64,000 bases of DNA, taken from assembly GCF_021869535.1 (NCBI RefSeq), contig NW_026262582.1, positions 40,362,001 through 40,426,000 on the forward strand. The letters are read 5' to 3'. A program made the position numbers and the translations under genes. Within the stretch, counting starts at the first letter, position 1; each line of letters starts with the position of its first letter. The notes beneath the pieces were generated by a model that was given only the letters and a program-made list of their open reading frames with translations, did no database searches and was not told where the DNA came from. Below, piece after piece: positions 39,020 through 50,540 of the stretch. Source of the DNA: Mytilus californianus. Its lineage: Eukaryota.

Positions 39020-39480
39020 TACCCCAAATGTAAAAATTGTCATAAAGGAACTCTCTGGATTAGTTGAACTCGAAGGGGACATAAATGAAATCTCTTGACT
39101 TACTGGAGGACCTGTTCTCAAAGAGAGCCAACATGGTTTTTTTTCTGGATGGCCTGTGGTCAAAATGAGCCTAACTGAACACTCAGATTTGTCTATGCTC
39201 GAACGAGATCTATAAGAACTCTCTGGTTGACAATTGCTTTTAGAGCAGACCGAAATGAACTCTCTGCATGATATGTACTGAAAGTGGACCCTACTGAACT
39301 TACTGGATGACCTTTACTCGAGGTTGACCTTATTAAACTTATTGGAAGACCTGTTCTATAAGTGGACATACAGGAGCTATCTGCATGACCTGTAATTAAA
39401 GGTGCTTTCAGTGAAAGCTATGTTTGACCTGGGCTCGAAGTGGGCCTAAATGAACTATCTGAATGAACTGCTGTGAACCC
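39020..39480. repeat. Degenerate 39-bp repeat forming the P2 tail
   Basis: Minus-strand translation gives 13-aa units: GHADSSCMSTYRT, GLPISLIRSTSSK, GHPVSSVGSTFST, YHAESSFRSALKA, CQPESSYRSRSSI, TNPESSFMTIFTF. Confidence 0.75.
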
Positions 39481-40508
39481 TTACGATCTCTTTGGATGGT
39501 ATACTAGAAGTGGAAATACTATCAGCATCGCCAACTGCTTCCACTGTAATGTCGTTTTTGATACATTTGGAACTTGACAAATGAAAAAACTTTCCTTTTA
39601 TCATTGTTTATGATGATGTTTTCATCTATGTTTTTTAAAACTGAATCTCTATTTTGTACGTAATTTTAGAGGTCTCAATATTTCGAAAATGTTTTTCAAT
39701 ATTTGTATTAAGTTTGTGAACTTCAATCATTAACTGAACATCCGAAATCTCTTTCAAGGCTACTTCCAGAATGTTCTTAGTATTTGGTACTGCTTTCTTT
39801 ATATTCTCTACATCACGAATGGTGATGGCTTTCTTTTGTCGATTTGTTTTTAAGTTTTTCAATACTTTGCTGCATTTTTGCCAGAAAAGTGTATATTTTT
39901 GCATTTCAATATCATAAATGGCTTCCATGTCAACTAACTAACTCCTTTTAGATTCTAAAAATTATCCATAATCAGCTAATGAAGCACTGACTTGATTTTT
40001 TTCTTGACTACGGAGTTTGATGGTCGGAAAATCTAAGCAGCTTCCTCAATAGTCAAAGCATTCTCGCATTTTCTTTGGTTTACTGAAATACATATTGAAC
40101 AACATGGGAAATCATGATCCGCACAGAACAATTCCAGCTCTTTATTCTTGTGCTCGGAGCTTATATTCTTAAAAAACTTCAAAGCGTAACCGTCTTTTGA
40201 AATGTCTGATATTGGAACAATTTCATAATTTTAAATTGATCTACTACTTTTATGACATCGTGTACATGTTGCGCAAAGAGCATCAGAACAATCAATACAC
40301 AAGGAAGACGATTGTTACTTCGTATTAACATAAAATTGTTCGCATGACATGCATATCTTTTCGGTATGTTCAAATTTGTGTTTAGCGCTTAATCCGGCAA
40401 GAAGAAAATTCAAAGGAAGTCGTTCTGTCCAATGTTCTGGTGTTATACTTGACTCGTAATTAGGAGTGGATACAATAGCCCGACAAACCAGGCAATGAAT
40501 ACATGCAT

Positions 40509-41130
40509 TTTTTTCATTTACCTGTGTTTAAAGTTATTGCAAATGGATGGTATTTTTGTTCGAGAATATTGTTTTTCTTTAATTGTTTAACATTTCTTAC
40601 CGATATAACATGTTACTTTTATTATTCTTCCCTTAGTTTATTTATTTTGTATTTACATTGTGTCATAGGTCAAATTTATTTGTTCAGTGTATGTTCAATG
40701 GTGTTAATATGTCCTTTGATTGAGTTCACCTATTTCAGTTGATATTTTATAGTGTGTCGTTCTATGTTGTGATGTTACACTATTGTTTCAGAAAAAGGGT
40801 GAAGGTTTGGTACCATTAAAACGTTTAAACCCGCTGCATTTGTTTGCACCTGTCCTAAGTCAGGAATCTGATGTTCAGTAGTTGTCGTTTGTTGATGTGG
40901 TTCATAAGTGTTTCTCGTTTCTCGTTTTTTATATAGATTAGACCGTTGGTTTTCCCGTTTGAATGGTTTTACACTAGTAATTTTTTGGGGCCCTTTATAG
41001 CTTACTGTTCGGTGTGAGCCAAGGCTCCGTGTTGAAGACCGTACTGTGACCTATAATGGTTTTCTTTTATAAATTTTGACTTGGATGGAGAGTTGTCTCA
41101 TTGGCACTCATACCACATCTTCTTATATCT
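40509..41130 (-). mobile_element. Family A (subfamily A2) interspersed repeat inserted into the P2 RING
   Basis: Matches the copy at 18968-19272 in reverse (head AAGAAGATGTGGTATGAGTGCCAATGAGACAACT). The flanks rejoin to a RING sequence colinear with P1. Exact boundaries are ambiguous by a few nt. Confidence 0.85.
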
Positions 41131-42149
41131 ATTGTCTTTTTTGATCGCGGAATTCATATATGTCGCGATACAGTTTTCACAAAATGAATGTAAACAAGGT
41201 GAATACTTTTGGACATTAAACGTTTCAAGACAAATTTTACACATTGTTATATCATCGTCTGTTGTACAAGAACTTACTTAAGCTGTCGCCATTTTATTTG
41301 CTGCAACTTTTTTCTCTCGTTCTGTTGGACTGTCACAACATAACAAGACAATAAATTCCTCACCTGGTAACGGAGATAACTAAATTTGAAAAAAAATATA
41401 CATTTCAGAACGGAAATATTTAAATAGAGTTTTACAATTGACATTATTAGCCGGTGTTTACTAAACGTTCAGGGGAAAGTATTTCATGCACATTTTACAT
41501 TCTTTAATGCGCAATGATCATGAACACTATATTTTGCAGTATTTGGCAAAACTACAAAATTATAATAAACATATACAACTAGATAAACAATTACGGTAAT
41601 TCTATTGTAAATAAATAATTAAATGGACGAAGAAACTTTTTAGATTGGCAAACCACAAAACAAATAAACTAGATTACTAACCAGATAAGTAAGTATTTAC
41701 AATAAATCAATTGAATCCTGGGATATAAATAATTATTAATTTTTATGTGGTTGGTCCTGACATACAGAGACCCTCCATGTTGGATGCTAGATGAATTATG
41801 ACGCAAATTTAAATGAAACGCAGCGAAATATGTCTTAATTTTATCTCGTTAAATTAGGTATCATTTACTTTGATAAGTGAATCAATTGATTTGAAAATAT
41901 TATGATAGGTACAGGAAGATGAATGTGTATACATCACATCGGGAAAGTTATATACCCAATAAACGTCATTTATAACACACATGACGGTATGCTAGATGAA
42001 GAAAAAAAAAAACGGACTGAGCTGTTGTATCTTCTATGTTTTTTACTGTCTATTGAATTTGCTTGCCGATTTTAGTCCCCCGTTCTATTATAAGCCTTTG
42101 AATCGTTTTTACATATTTGATTACTCAAACTTCTCATATTGAGTTTATT

Positions 42150-42470
42150 TCAGAAACACGTGTCGTATGTTCTTACGCGTTTATTTTGTAAAGCTGTCGT
42201 GTATACTTAAAAGTTATTTTGTGAGATTGTTGTGAGTACTTTCATGCATAGTTTGTCGACTTGTGAGTACTTACACGTATATTTTGTAGACTTGTCATGA
42301 GTATCTACACGTATATTTTGTAAACTTGTGAGTACGTATAGGTATATTTTGTAAACTTGTGAGTACAATGTACATACATGTATATTTTGTAAAATTGTGA
42401 GTACTTACACGTATTTTGTAAGTGTGTCGTGAGTACTCAAACGTTTATTTTGAAAACTGTACGTACAACT
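42150..42470. repeat. Degenerate ~30-bp tandem repeat (~8 units)
   Basis: TTGTGAGTACTTACACGTATATTTTGTAAAC-like units. Confidence 0.8.
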
Positions 42471-43487
42471 TTTCAAAACATTTTTACAGAAGCGGGTCGA
42501 TACAGCTGCTGATGGACTATCACTCATCGAGGGTATCATCAGTTCAGTATTTATTTCTTCGGTACTGACATAGTTTATAACAAACATTTCTCGAATTATC
42601 TGTTTATGAAAATATAGAAATTATTAAGAAACTATGGTTTCGACTCCCTCAGGCAAAAAATGATGGATTTGGTTATTATATTTTTGTCCTTATTGGTCAT
42701 ATAGCTTTTCAACTGTTTTTGTTCTTATACATCCTTGGCTTTCAAATATTGTATATTTAGAAGCGATTCGGACGCATGAAATTCATGAAGTGTTGTTTTC
42801 ATTATTTTGTTAAAATCTATACAATCGAGTTTTAATCATCTTGTTATATTACCACGATTGAGGTAACACAACAGAGTATATTTTGAAAATGCAACTGTTT
42901 ATGTTTGAAATGCTGTACCTTTTTTATGTGTTGAAAAATAAAGACATTTGAGAGGTAATAAATGAAAGAAGAACCAGCAAGCTTGAACACACTGATATCA
43001 TTATGCCAAGTGATAAAATAATGAACAAGTGTCATTTGGAAAAAAAATGGATTATTTTTTGTAGCTTCGTATTTTCGTTAAAAGAAATTTTTCGCAGATT
43101 TCTAATAGCATGTGTTAATGAATAATGACTTTCTCTGTTTTGTGAGACCTTATAAATCACAAATATTTGAAACTAAATTTCTTTTTAATTGGACCCTATA
43201 TCAAAAAGACATTGAAAGTACATTTTATCTTTGTTCTTGAAAGTTTTTTTTATTTTATTGGTTTCCAAACTTTTGAAATCGAATATATCTGATGAAGAAA
43301 CATTTTGTGACCTCGATACACTTCTAGTCTCCAAACATGTACAGTGAGTAATATTGCATTGCATTATTTGTTATATATGCACTTGTATTTCAGTTCACGA
43401 ATTTGTATTATCAGTCCTCATTTCATAAGGAAAGATCTATTACATGACCAAAAATCCATTTCAGGCTATAACCTTTAAATAAAGACA

Positions 43488-43790
43488 ACAGTAGTATACC
43501 GTTGTTCAAAAGTCATAAATTGATTAAGAGAAAACAAATCCGGGTTACAAACTAAAACCGAGGGAAACACATCAACTATAAGAGGAAAACAACGGAACAA
43601 CAGAAACACTGAACTGCAACAAAAACAAACGCCAACATACATAGAAACGGACTATTTGATAACAACTGTTATATTCCTGACTTGGTACAGGACATTTTAA
43701 GAAAAAATGGTGGATTGAACCTGGTTTTATGGCTAGCCAAACCTCCCGCTTATATGGCAATGTTAAAAAATACCGCTAAAATGACAACAC
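43488..43790 (+). mobile_element. Family A-related repeat inserted in the duplicated flank
   Basis: Contains the ATTCCTGACTTGGTACAGGACAT...TGGTGGATTGAACC core. It interrupts homology with 37485-37740. Confidence 0.7.
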
Positions 43791-44024
43791 TAGGTGACAT
43801 GAATACAGTACAAACAAACGCAAGAACATTCAGTACAGAGAAATACATTTTAGATAAATCCTATTCCTTGCATGGATTTAGAAGATAACAGTATTGTAAT
43901 TGAAGAGTCTTGTTCATGCCTTTAGAGCATTACATAAAAATTGATGCCCTGAAATATTCAAATACTATAATACTGTTATCTTAATTACAATGCAACTGCG
44001 AAACATCGTTGAATTATACTTTAA

Positions 44025-44776
44025 GGATGTACACCTCTTAGGAGTCCAAAATTTCTAGAATTAAACTTTTTTTCTTTTCTTGATTTTTGGGTTTATATGA
44101 CTGTAAGACAGTAATTGATTAAAAATCATATTGTGGTGCACTTCTTTTTTCGCTACGGCCATTTACCTATTTTTAATGATTTTCCCATTTTTCATAAATT
44201 TTAACTCATTTTTAGGCTATCATCATGAAAAGAATCACAGTTTCAAAATTAAACTTTTTTTTCATGCTTTCGCTTAAGATGAAATGAACCAATATGAATA
44301 AATTTACCTTAAAAATCTATAGTTTGGTGTTAATATTAAAACTTTTATAAAATTTTGTTGATTTTTCTTGTCAAATTGACCATGCTGTCAATTTTGTAAA
44401 TTTGGGATTTTTTTCTTTTGTTTTAGAACAAAAAGCATATTATTTCAACTTCTTTGTTATAAATGATTTGAAAAATACATATCTAAGAATTTTCAAAAGA
44501 CAAAATTGATATGGGATGTACATATTTTTGGTAAAATCATTTCCTTGTATCCTAACCCATTTTCCCAACATTTTGGCTGATGACACGGATTGGTTATAAA
44601 ATTTGAAAATTTTATTACTTAAAAACTACTTATTTTAAGTACACAATTTTTTCATTGAGTTTAGTTTGATTATAATATTTTTAAGATTCATTGATATTTT
44701 TCACTTGTATCTCATGTTTTGGAAATAATTCCCGAACGAGATTTCAACGATACTTAAATATCAGAAAAAGACATCC
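44025..44776. mobile_element. Non-autonomous DNA transposon, Kolobok-like
   Basis: TTAA|GGATGT ... ACATCC|TTAA. It interrupts the duplicated intergenic block. Confidence 0.65.
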
Positions 44777-46844
44777 TTAAATCTGATTTTATATGAATAT
44801 ATGTATACTATATAAATAAATATGACTGCGCTTGCAAGCTTAAGTTCAGCATTTCAATCATGTAATTAATAACCTACAATTTGTGACGTTATCCAAACAA
44901 AATTAGCGCTGCTATGTGGCATTACAATTTTAAATACATGTATAACCAAAACGATATTGTATTCTTTGGTATTCGTTCACAAGATATGTTTGAACGAGTA
45001 TTTATTGATAGTATTATTGAGTATGTGCTAAGGGTGTTCTAAATAAAAGGCGGAAGATAAAAAGGGGGAAATTCAAAGCTCATAAGTCGAAGAAAAACCA
45101 ACATGCCATGGCAAAAAAAAAAACGAAAGACGGAGAAAAGACAAACAACGGGTGTTCTCAGTTGCTCCGGAAGGGTAAACAGATTCCAACTCAATGATAC
45201 AATATCTGCCAAACAACTACGCACAATAAGTATTCGTTCAAGCCATTTACGATAGTGACTGACAAACAATGAAAGTGTGAATCTCTTATTAAATAATATG
45301 TTTCCAATGGTATTTTTACACACGTTGTAAATTTGTGAGAGCAAAGACTTGCCACGTCAGTTCTGTTAAAATCTTGCCTTTATAGTTGTTCATGAGTATT
45401 GCATCTCACTCCTTTCTTTGGTCGTTTTCGTTTTTTGCCAAGACATTGTGAGTTCTTTTCCGCCTCTCTTTTCTTCTTTAAATAAAATACATGTCATGAA
45501 TGAAATCTATCAGTTCGAACGTAGATATGAAAGGATGGATGTTTTTTTAATCCACAATTTACAAAATTAGGCAAAATCTATAAAAAACATGCAACTTAAG
45601 CATAAGCTTGTAATTTTATACGCCTTGTATTTTGGATGAGTTTGTTCAACCTCTGGGTTGATGCCACTGCTGGTGTACCTTTCGTTCCCGATGGTATCAG
45701 CAGTCTAGTAGTTAGAACTTTTGTGATGACATAAAATATCACTAATATGTTAATTTTCTATAAATTTACGTTTCTAAAATATTGATGTATTCGAAATGCT
45801 AAGGTTTTTCTACCCCGGCACCAGGCACAAATTTTCGGAATCGTCGGCTTTTAATGGTCTTCAACTTCGTACTTTATTAGGCCTTCCAAATGTTTGGATT
45901 CAAACGCTATTATTATGTACAAGAAACGTGCGATTGGTACACCAAATAAAAAAACCTTTTAAATCTTTTATTAGCCTTTTCAAATGGTCTGATATTACAG
46001 TATTCAGAAGCTATAGACTTCAAAACTATAAAAAAAAAATATGCCCGAATAATTTAAATAGTTTTAAAGACGTGGTTAAGAAAACGAAAAAAATGTTCAA
46101 TCTATTGATTGATGTTTTATGCTCAATGTCCTTCGTATTATAATGACGAGACGAGAGAAAAAAGAATAATTTATTCAATAGGTAAATAAAAAAATAAGAA
46201 GATGCCAATGAGACATCTCTGACATTAACAATAACAATTATAGGTCACCGAACGGCTTTCAACAATGAGAAAAGTGTAACATGGGTAAACCAAAGAAGAA
46301 ATTATAGGGGAAAAGATGGTATTTTGGATAGGGGTGGGCTACCTACGGAACATTCAAAACAGATTTTTTGTTAATTTTTTTTACATGACATTCCGATAAA
46401 GAGGCATTTCATTTGACGTCAATATTCCAACCTGACTTAGTGTCGTGGCTCAGGGATTAATTAGGAGAAGCGGAAAAAACAGGAAACAATTACTTGTGTT
46501 TCTTATCCCGTCAACATTTTGGAATGTTAGTTATAAATTTCATCATTAAGGGGCACTCATCGTATGAATGTTTCGTATCAAAAAGAATTATTTTGTTCTG
46601 AAAACTGTTTTGTAGTTGTCAAATTTTATTCAGAATAATACATATTAAATAAAAAGTTCAATAAGTGCTGCTTAGATTAAGTTTGATAATACCACTCTTC
46701 GAATCTGATTGAGTTTTCATTGGTAAATGTGTGAAAGTGTTTAAAACGGTGTGATTATGTATTCTCTTTTTGCATTTCCCGCCTTAACTTTTCTTTTTTT
46801 TTCATTTCATTTTTCTTTTCTTTTTTTAAATTTTCTTTTCTTTT

Positions 46845-47116
46845 TTAAAAAAATTTTTTCTTCTTTTTTTCTGCTTTTATCGGATCTGTGCCCCAAGTGG
46901 GAATATACTGAGCATCGTCAACTACTTTCTCTGCAAAGTCATAAAACTTTTCAGTTTTTGCAATGTTTTTAACACATTTGGAACTTGACAAATCTAAAGC
47001 CTTTGCTTTTTTATCGATGTTTATGACGATTTGTTCTTCAATGTTTTTAACAATGTCGTCTATATCTTTTAGAAATTGAATCTCTATTTTACACGTTATT
47101 GCAGAAGTCTCAAAAA
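46845..47116 (-). pseudogene. Out-of-frame continuation of P3 (ETSAITCKIEIQF...DLSSSKCVKN...AEKKKKKFF*)
   Basis: Aligns with P2 (ETSKITYKIEIQF...LSSSKCIKN) and with P1 (FYEINFQF...LELSS). Removing one base joins it to 47110-48135 as a ~429-aa ORF. Confidence 0.8.
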
Positions 47117-48135
47117 TTTCCAAAATCTTTATCAATGTATCTATTTAGCTTCTGAACTTCAATCATCAATTGAACATCCGAAGCCTCTTTTAAGGTTGCT
47201 TCCAATATTTGCTTAGTATTTGCGATAGCTGTTTTTCTATTCTCGACCTTCTGAATAGATAACTCGAGTTTTCCCTTTTCACTGTGGAAGGTTTCTTTAT
47301 ATTTGTTTGTCCATTTGATTTTAAGTTCCTCAATCCTTTTCTGCAATATTTTCCAAAAAGTATCACATTTCTGCAATTCTAAATCAAAAGCGGCGTCCAT
47401 GTCAACTAAAGAACTTTTTTCAGCTTCCAACACAGTATCTAAATCAACCAATAAAGCACTAACCTCATTTTCAGTCTTGCTTACTTTGTTCAAAGCTCGG
47501 AAATTTTTAGCAGCTTCTTCGATAGTCAAAACATTCTCACATTTTCTATGTTTTACGGAAACACATATTGAACAGCATGGTAAATCATGATCAACACAGA
47601 ACAGTTCTAACTCTTTATTTTTGTGCTCGGAGCACATATTCTTAAAAGATTTCAAAGCGTACCCTTCTTTCGAAATGTCTGATATTGGAACTATTTCATG
47701 ATTTGAACTTAATTTATTACTTTTATGACATCGTGTACAATTTGCGCAAAGAGCATCAGAGCAATCAATGCACACGGAAGACGCTTCTGACTTCGTATTG
47801 ACATCAAATCGTTCGCATGACATACATATCTTTTCGGTACGTTCCACTTTATATTTTTCGATTAATCCAACCAGGAGAAAATTCAAGGGCATCTGTTTTG
47901 ACCATTCTTCGGGTGTTATTCTTGCCTCAGGGGCAGAAACTTTAGACCTACAAATAGGGCAGTCAATACTTGTTCTGTCTTTTTCAAATGCGGAAGTAAT
48001 ATATGTTGCGATACAACTTTCGCAAAAAGTATGTAAACAAGGTAAATATTTCGGAATATTAAACTGTTCTAGACAAATTGTACATGTTGTTATATCGTCG
48101 TCTGTTGTACAAGAACTTACTTCAGTTGTCGCCAT
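47110..48135 (-). CDS. TRIM-like protein, paralog P3 (RING, B-box1, B-box2, coiled-coil); 341 aa as read, truncated by a +1 frameshift
   Basis: All Zn ligands are intact. ATG at 48135 is homologous to the P1/P2 starts (the ORF-track start at 48153 is a TTG). The stop at 47110 follows an extra base in the A5 run at 47112-47116. Confidence 0.85.
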   Translation of the reverse strand: MATTEVSSCTTDDDITTCTICLEQFNIPKYLPCLHTFCESCIATYITSAFEKDRTSIDCPICRSKVSAPEARITPEEWSKQMPLNFLLVGLIEKYKVERTEKICMSCERFDVNTKSEASSVCIDCSDALCANCTRCHKSNKLSSNHEIVPISDISKEGYALKSFKNMCSEHKNKELELFCVDHDLPCCSICVSVKHRKCENVLTIEEAAKNFRALNKVSKTENEVSALLVDLDTVLEAEKSSLVDMDAAFDLELQKCDTFWKILQKRIEELKIKWTNKYKETFHSEKGKLELSIQKVENRKTAIANTKQILEATLKEASDVQLMIEVQKLNRYIDKDFGNF

Positions 48136-48417
48136 TTTATTCGCTGGTATCAAGCTTTTTTTTGTCTGTATGTTTGTTCAAAACATTCCTCACCTAGTGC
48201 GACCGGGATAACTAAATTGTAAAATGAAATATATCGATGAGAACGGAAATGTTTAAATCCGTCTTCTGTTGTAAGTGTGACGTTTATGGTATAATGGTTT
48301 AATTGTTCTTTCAAATTATTTGACAAAATATAAAATGTTTTATGCACCTTCAGAACGAGGAAAAATTGAAAAAAACTGTACAGTGGGTCGACTTCAATGA
48401 AGGACGGGCAAGTTTGA

Positions 48418-48885
48418 CTGGACAACACTAAAAAGAAGGCAATTTGGATTAGGGACTTTTGACTTGTAATGGTCACCTACCGACCATTTAAAGATTTCTT
48501 GCAGAGATTTTATCACATGCATATGCATAAAGCATGGAATACTCGCAATACATGGCATTGGGTTAAACACCCTTTTCCCGACCGTATATGTGTAGTTATA
48601 AATCCGGGAACCTCAAACGGGTACCTTCTCATGATTTATATTAAAATAAGGCTGGACAACACTAAAAAGAAGGCAATTTGGATTAGGGACTTTTGACTTG
48701 GAATGGTCACCTACCGACCATTTAAAGATTTCTTGCAGAGATTTTATCACATGCATATGCATAAAGCATGGAATACTCGCAATACATGGCATTGGGTTAA
48801 ACACCCTTTTCCCGACCGTATATGTGTAGTTATAAATCCGGGAACCTCAAACGGGTACCTTCTCATGATTTATATTAAAATAAGG
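48418..48885. repeat. 234-bp tandem duplication with one mismatch
   Basis: 48418-48651 versus 48652-48885 differ only at 48467 (T) and 48701 (G). Confidence 0.97.
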
Positions 48886-49989
48886 TGAAGTGGTATGATT
48901 GGCATGATATAACTCCCATCTTATTGCCTAAGGATAACAGTTGTTGTATTGCCGGATTGGAGAAGTCCTGGTTTACCAAATGTGTTTACCTCAGTCAACC
49001 CGGGGGATTTATACAGTTGCGATCACAATATCAGTATAAATAATATGAAACCTAAATTTTATAAATGCGATATAACATAACTTCATATACTTGTTAGATC
49101 TATAAAAAAAGGAAAAATAAATAAACTGCTATTTGTCATTAGATTGCAGAAGTGCAATAGAAACACAGTCCCTATTACAAGTACACGAAATTCAATGGCA
49201 AGAACTACTGTTCATATTACAGTACAAAATGTAAAGCTTTAATGATACATGTAGAGCTGCAAAAACGTTGCGAATCTATGCTTTTTATCTTTGCTGACAA
49301 TTTGGGCATTGGTATTTCAATCGCTGGCGACGAATCGAGATTTGCTACTAATAGTAATAAAATATACCTATATACTCCATGCATGAATTTTGATCAGAGC
49401 TAGGAAAATGCAAAAATGCATCCTCCAATGAACATAACACCATAATTTCAATTATTTTTGACAAATATTACATTTCCAATTAAAAAGATAAAAAATATAA
49501 TATAATTATCACGCGAGAATTATATTTTTTATATTTCGATTTACACAAAAAGTTTACTAATACAGTAGCTAAAATGTCACGGTCTATGATGGGTATCTTT
49601 AAATGTCCGTTTTAAATTGCAAAAAAGAAAATAAGTCAAATGGCAAATGGTAAAAGGACAAGGTACGATAAGGGGTGTTTTTGGCCCCCTATCCACATAA
49701 ATTAAATTTATATTAATATCATTGATAATCTTAGTGAAGAAACATGAAAAAACAATGATTTTATTGTGTTCCGGTGAAAGGAAGGTTGCCTATCAACGGT
49801 TTCTATCAAATATCAAAATTAATACATATTAATTGTTTATCGGTACAAATTAGAACAATTATTCCAATTAAAACTGATTGTTTAAGAAGAACTTAAAGTC
49901 GCAAATGAATAGTCCCTTTGATTTCATTTACTGTATGCTTAAAACAACCTAACAACAGAAGTGTTGCCTAGTTAATGGTGCAAAATTAG

Positions 49990-50540
49990 GTGTATTCCCC
50001 CTCTGAAGTATGAATTTAGCAGTTTTTTTAAGACTTTTCTTTTTCATATGGTGTTGCATTCCATTATATTCAATATCTTAGTCAAGTCATCATTATTCTT
50101 CTTAACACTTTCTGTATTGAGCATAGCAACACAAATGTTGCTTAGCAACAGCAAAATTAATGTTTGAATTAAAGACAACTACAAATCAATTAGTCATTTT
50201 ATTGTACTAATTAAACTAAATGTAATGCAGATTGTCTGTTAATGAACAACTATTGGTTAGAAATGAAAGTCAGTTCAATTGTAGTTCCCTTGATGCATAT
50301 CAACAACTTAGATACATAACAAGTGCATAGCAACCGTTCAATAATGGGTTCTTTGTGTTATCTGAAGTATGAATTTAGTAATTTTGGAAGAATATACTTT
50401 CTCATATGGTGTTACACTATGATATAAACATCTAGATTATCATTAATCTTTTTTGACGAATTCTATATCGGGCATAGAAACCCACATGTTGCTTAGCAAC
50501 AACAATTTGTTTTTAATTACAGACAACTACAAAACCTATG
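49990..50540. repeat. Old direct duplication (period ~359 bp)
   Basis: TCTGAAGTATGAATTTAG at 50002 and 50361; CATATGGTGTT, ATGTTGCTTAGCAAC and AGACAACTACAAA are shared. Confidence 0.75.

Larger units (their letters stand above)
39011..41292 (-). pseudogene. TRIM-like pseudogene, paralog P2
   Basis: Manual translation from ATG 41292 gives MATA*VSSCTTDDDITMCKICLETFNVQKYSPCLHSFCENC (TAA at 41278-41280). There is a 1-nt deletion in the T-run at 41137-41141 and a ~620-bp insertion inside the RING. The sequence continues CIHCLVC...KICMSC...CIDCSDALCATCTRCH...LFCADHDFPCCSIC with further in-frame stops, a coiled-coil remnant (ORF 39635-39928) and a degenerate repeat tail ending TGA TAA at 39008-39013. 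Confidence 0.92.

Noticed and set aside
48136-48153. N-terminal extension MIPANK of P3
   Set aside because: It starts at TTG; the ATG homologous to P1 and P2 is at 48135.
48469-48888. Duplicated 61-75 aa ORFs MVTYRPFKDF...
   Set aside because: They are by-products of the 234-bp duplication with no domain signature.
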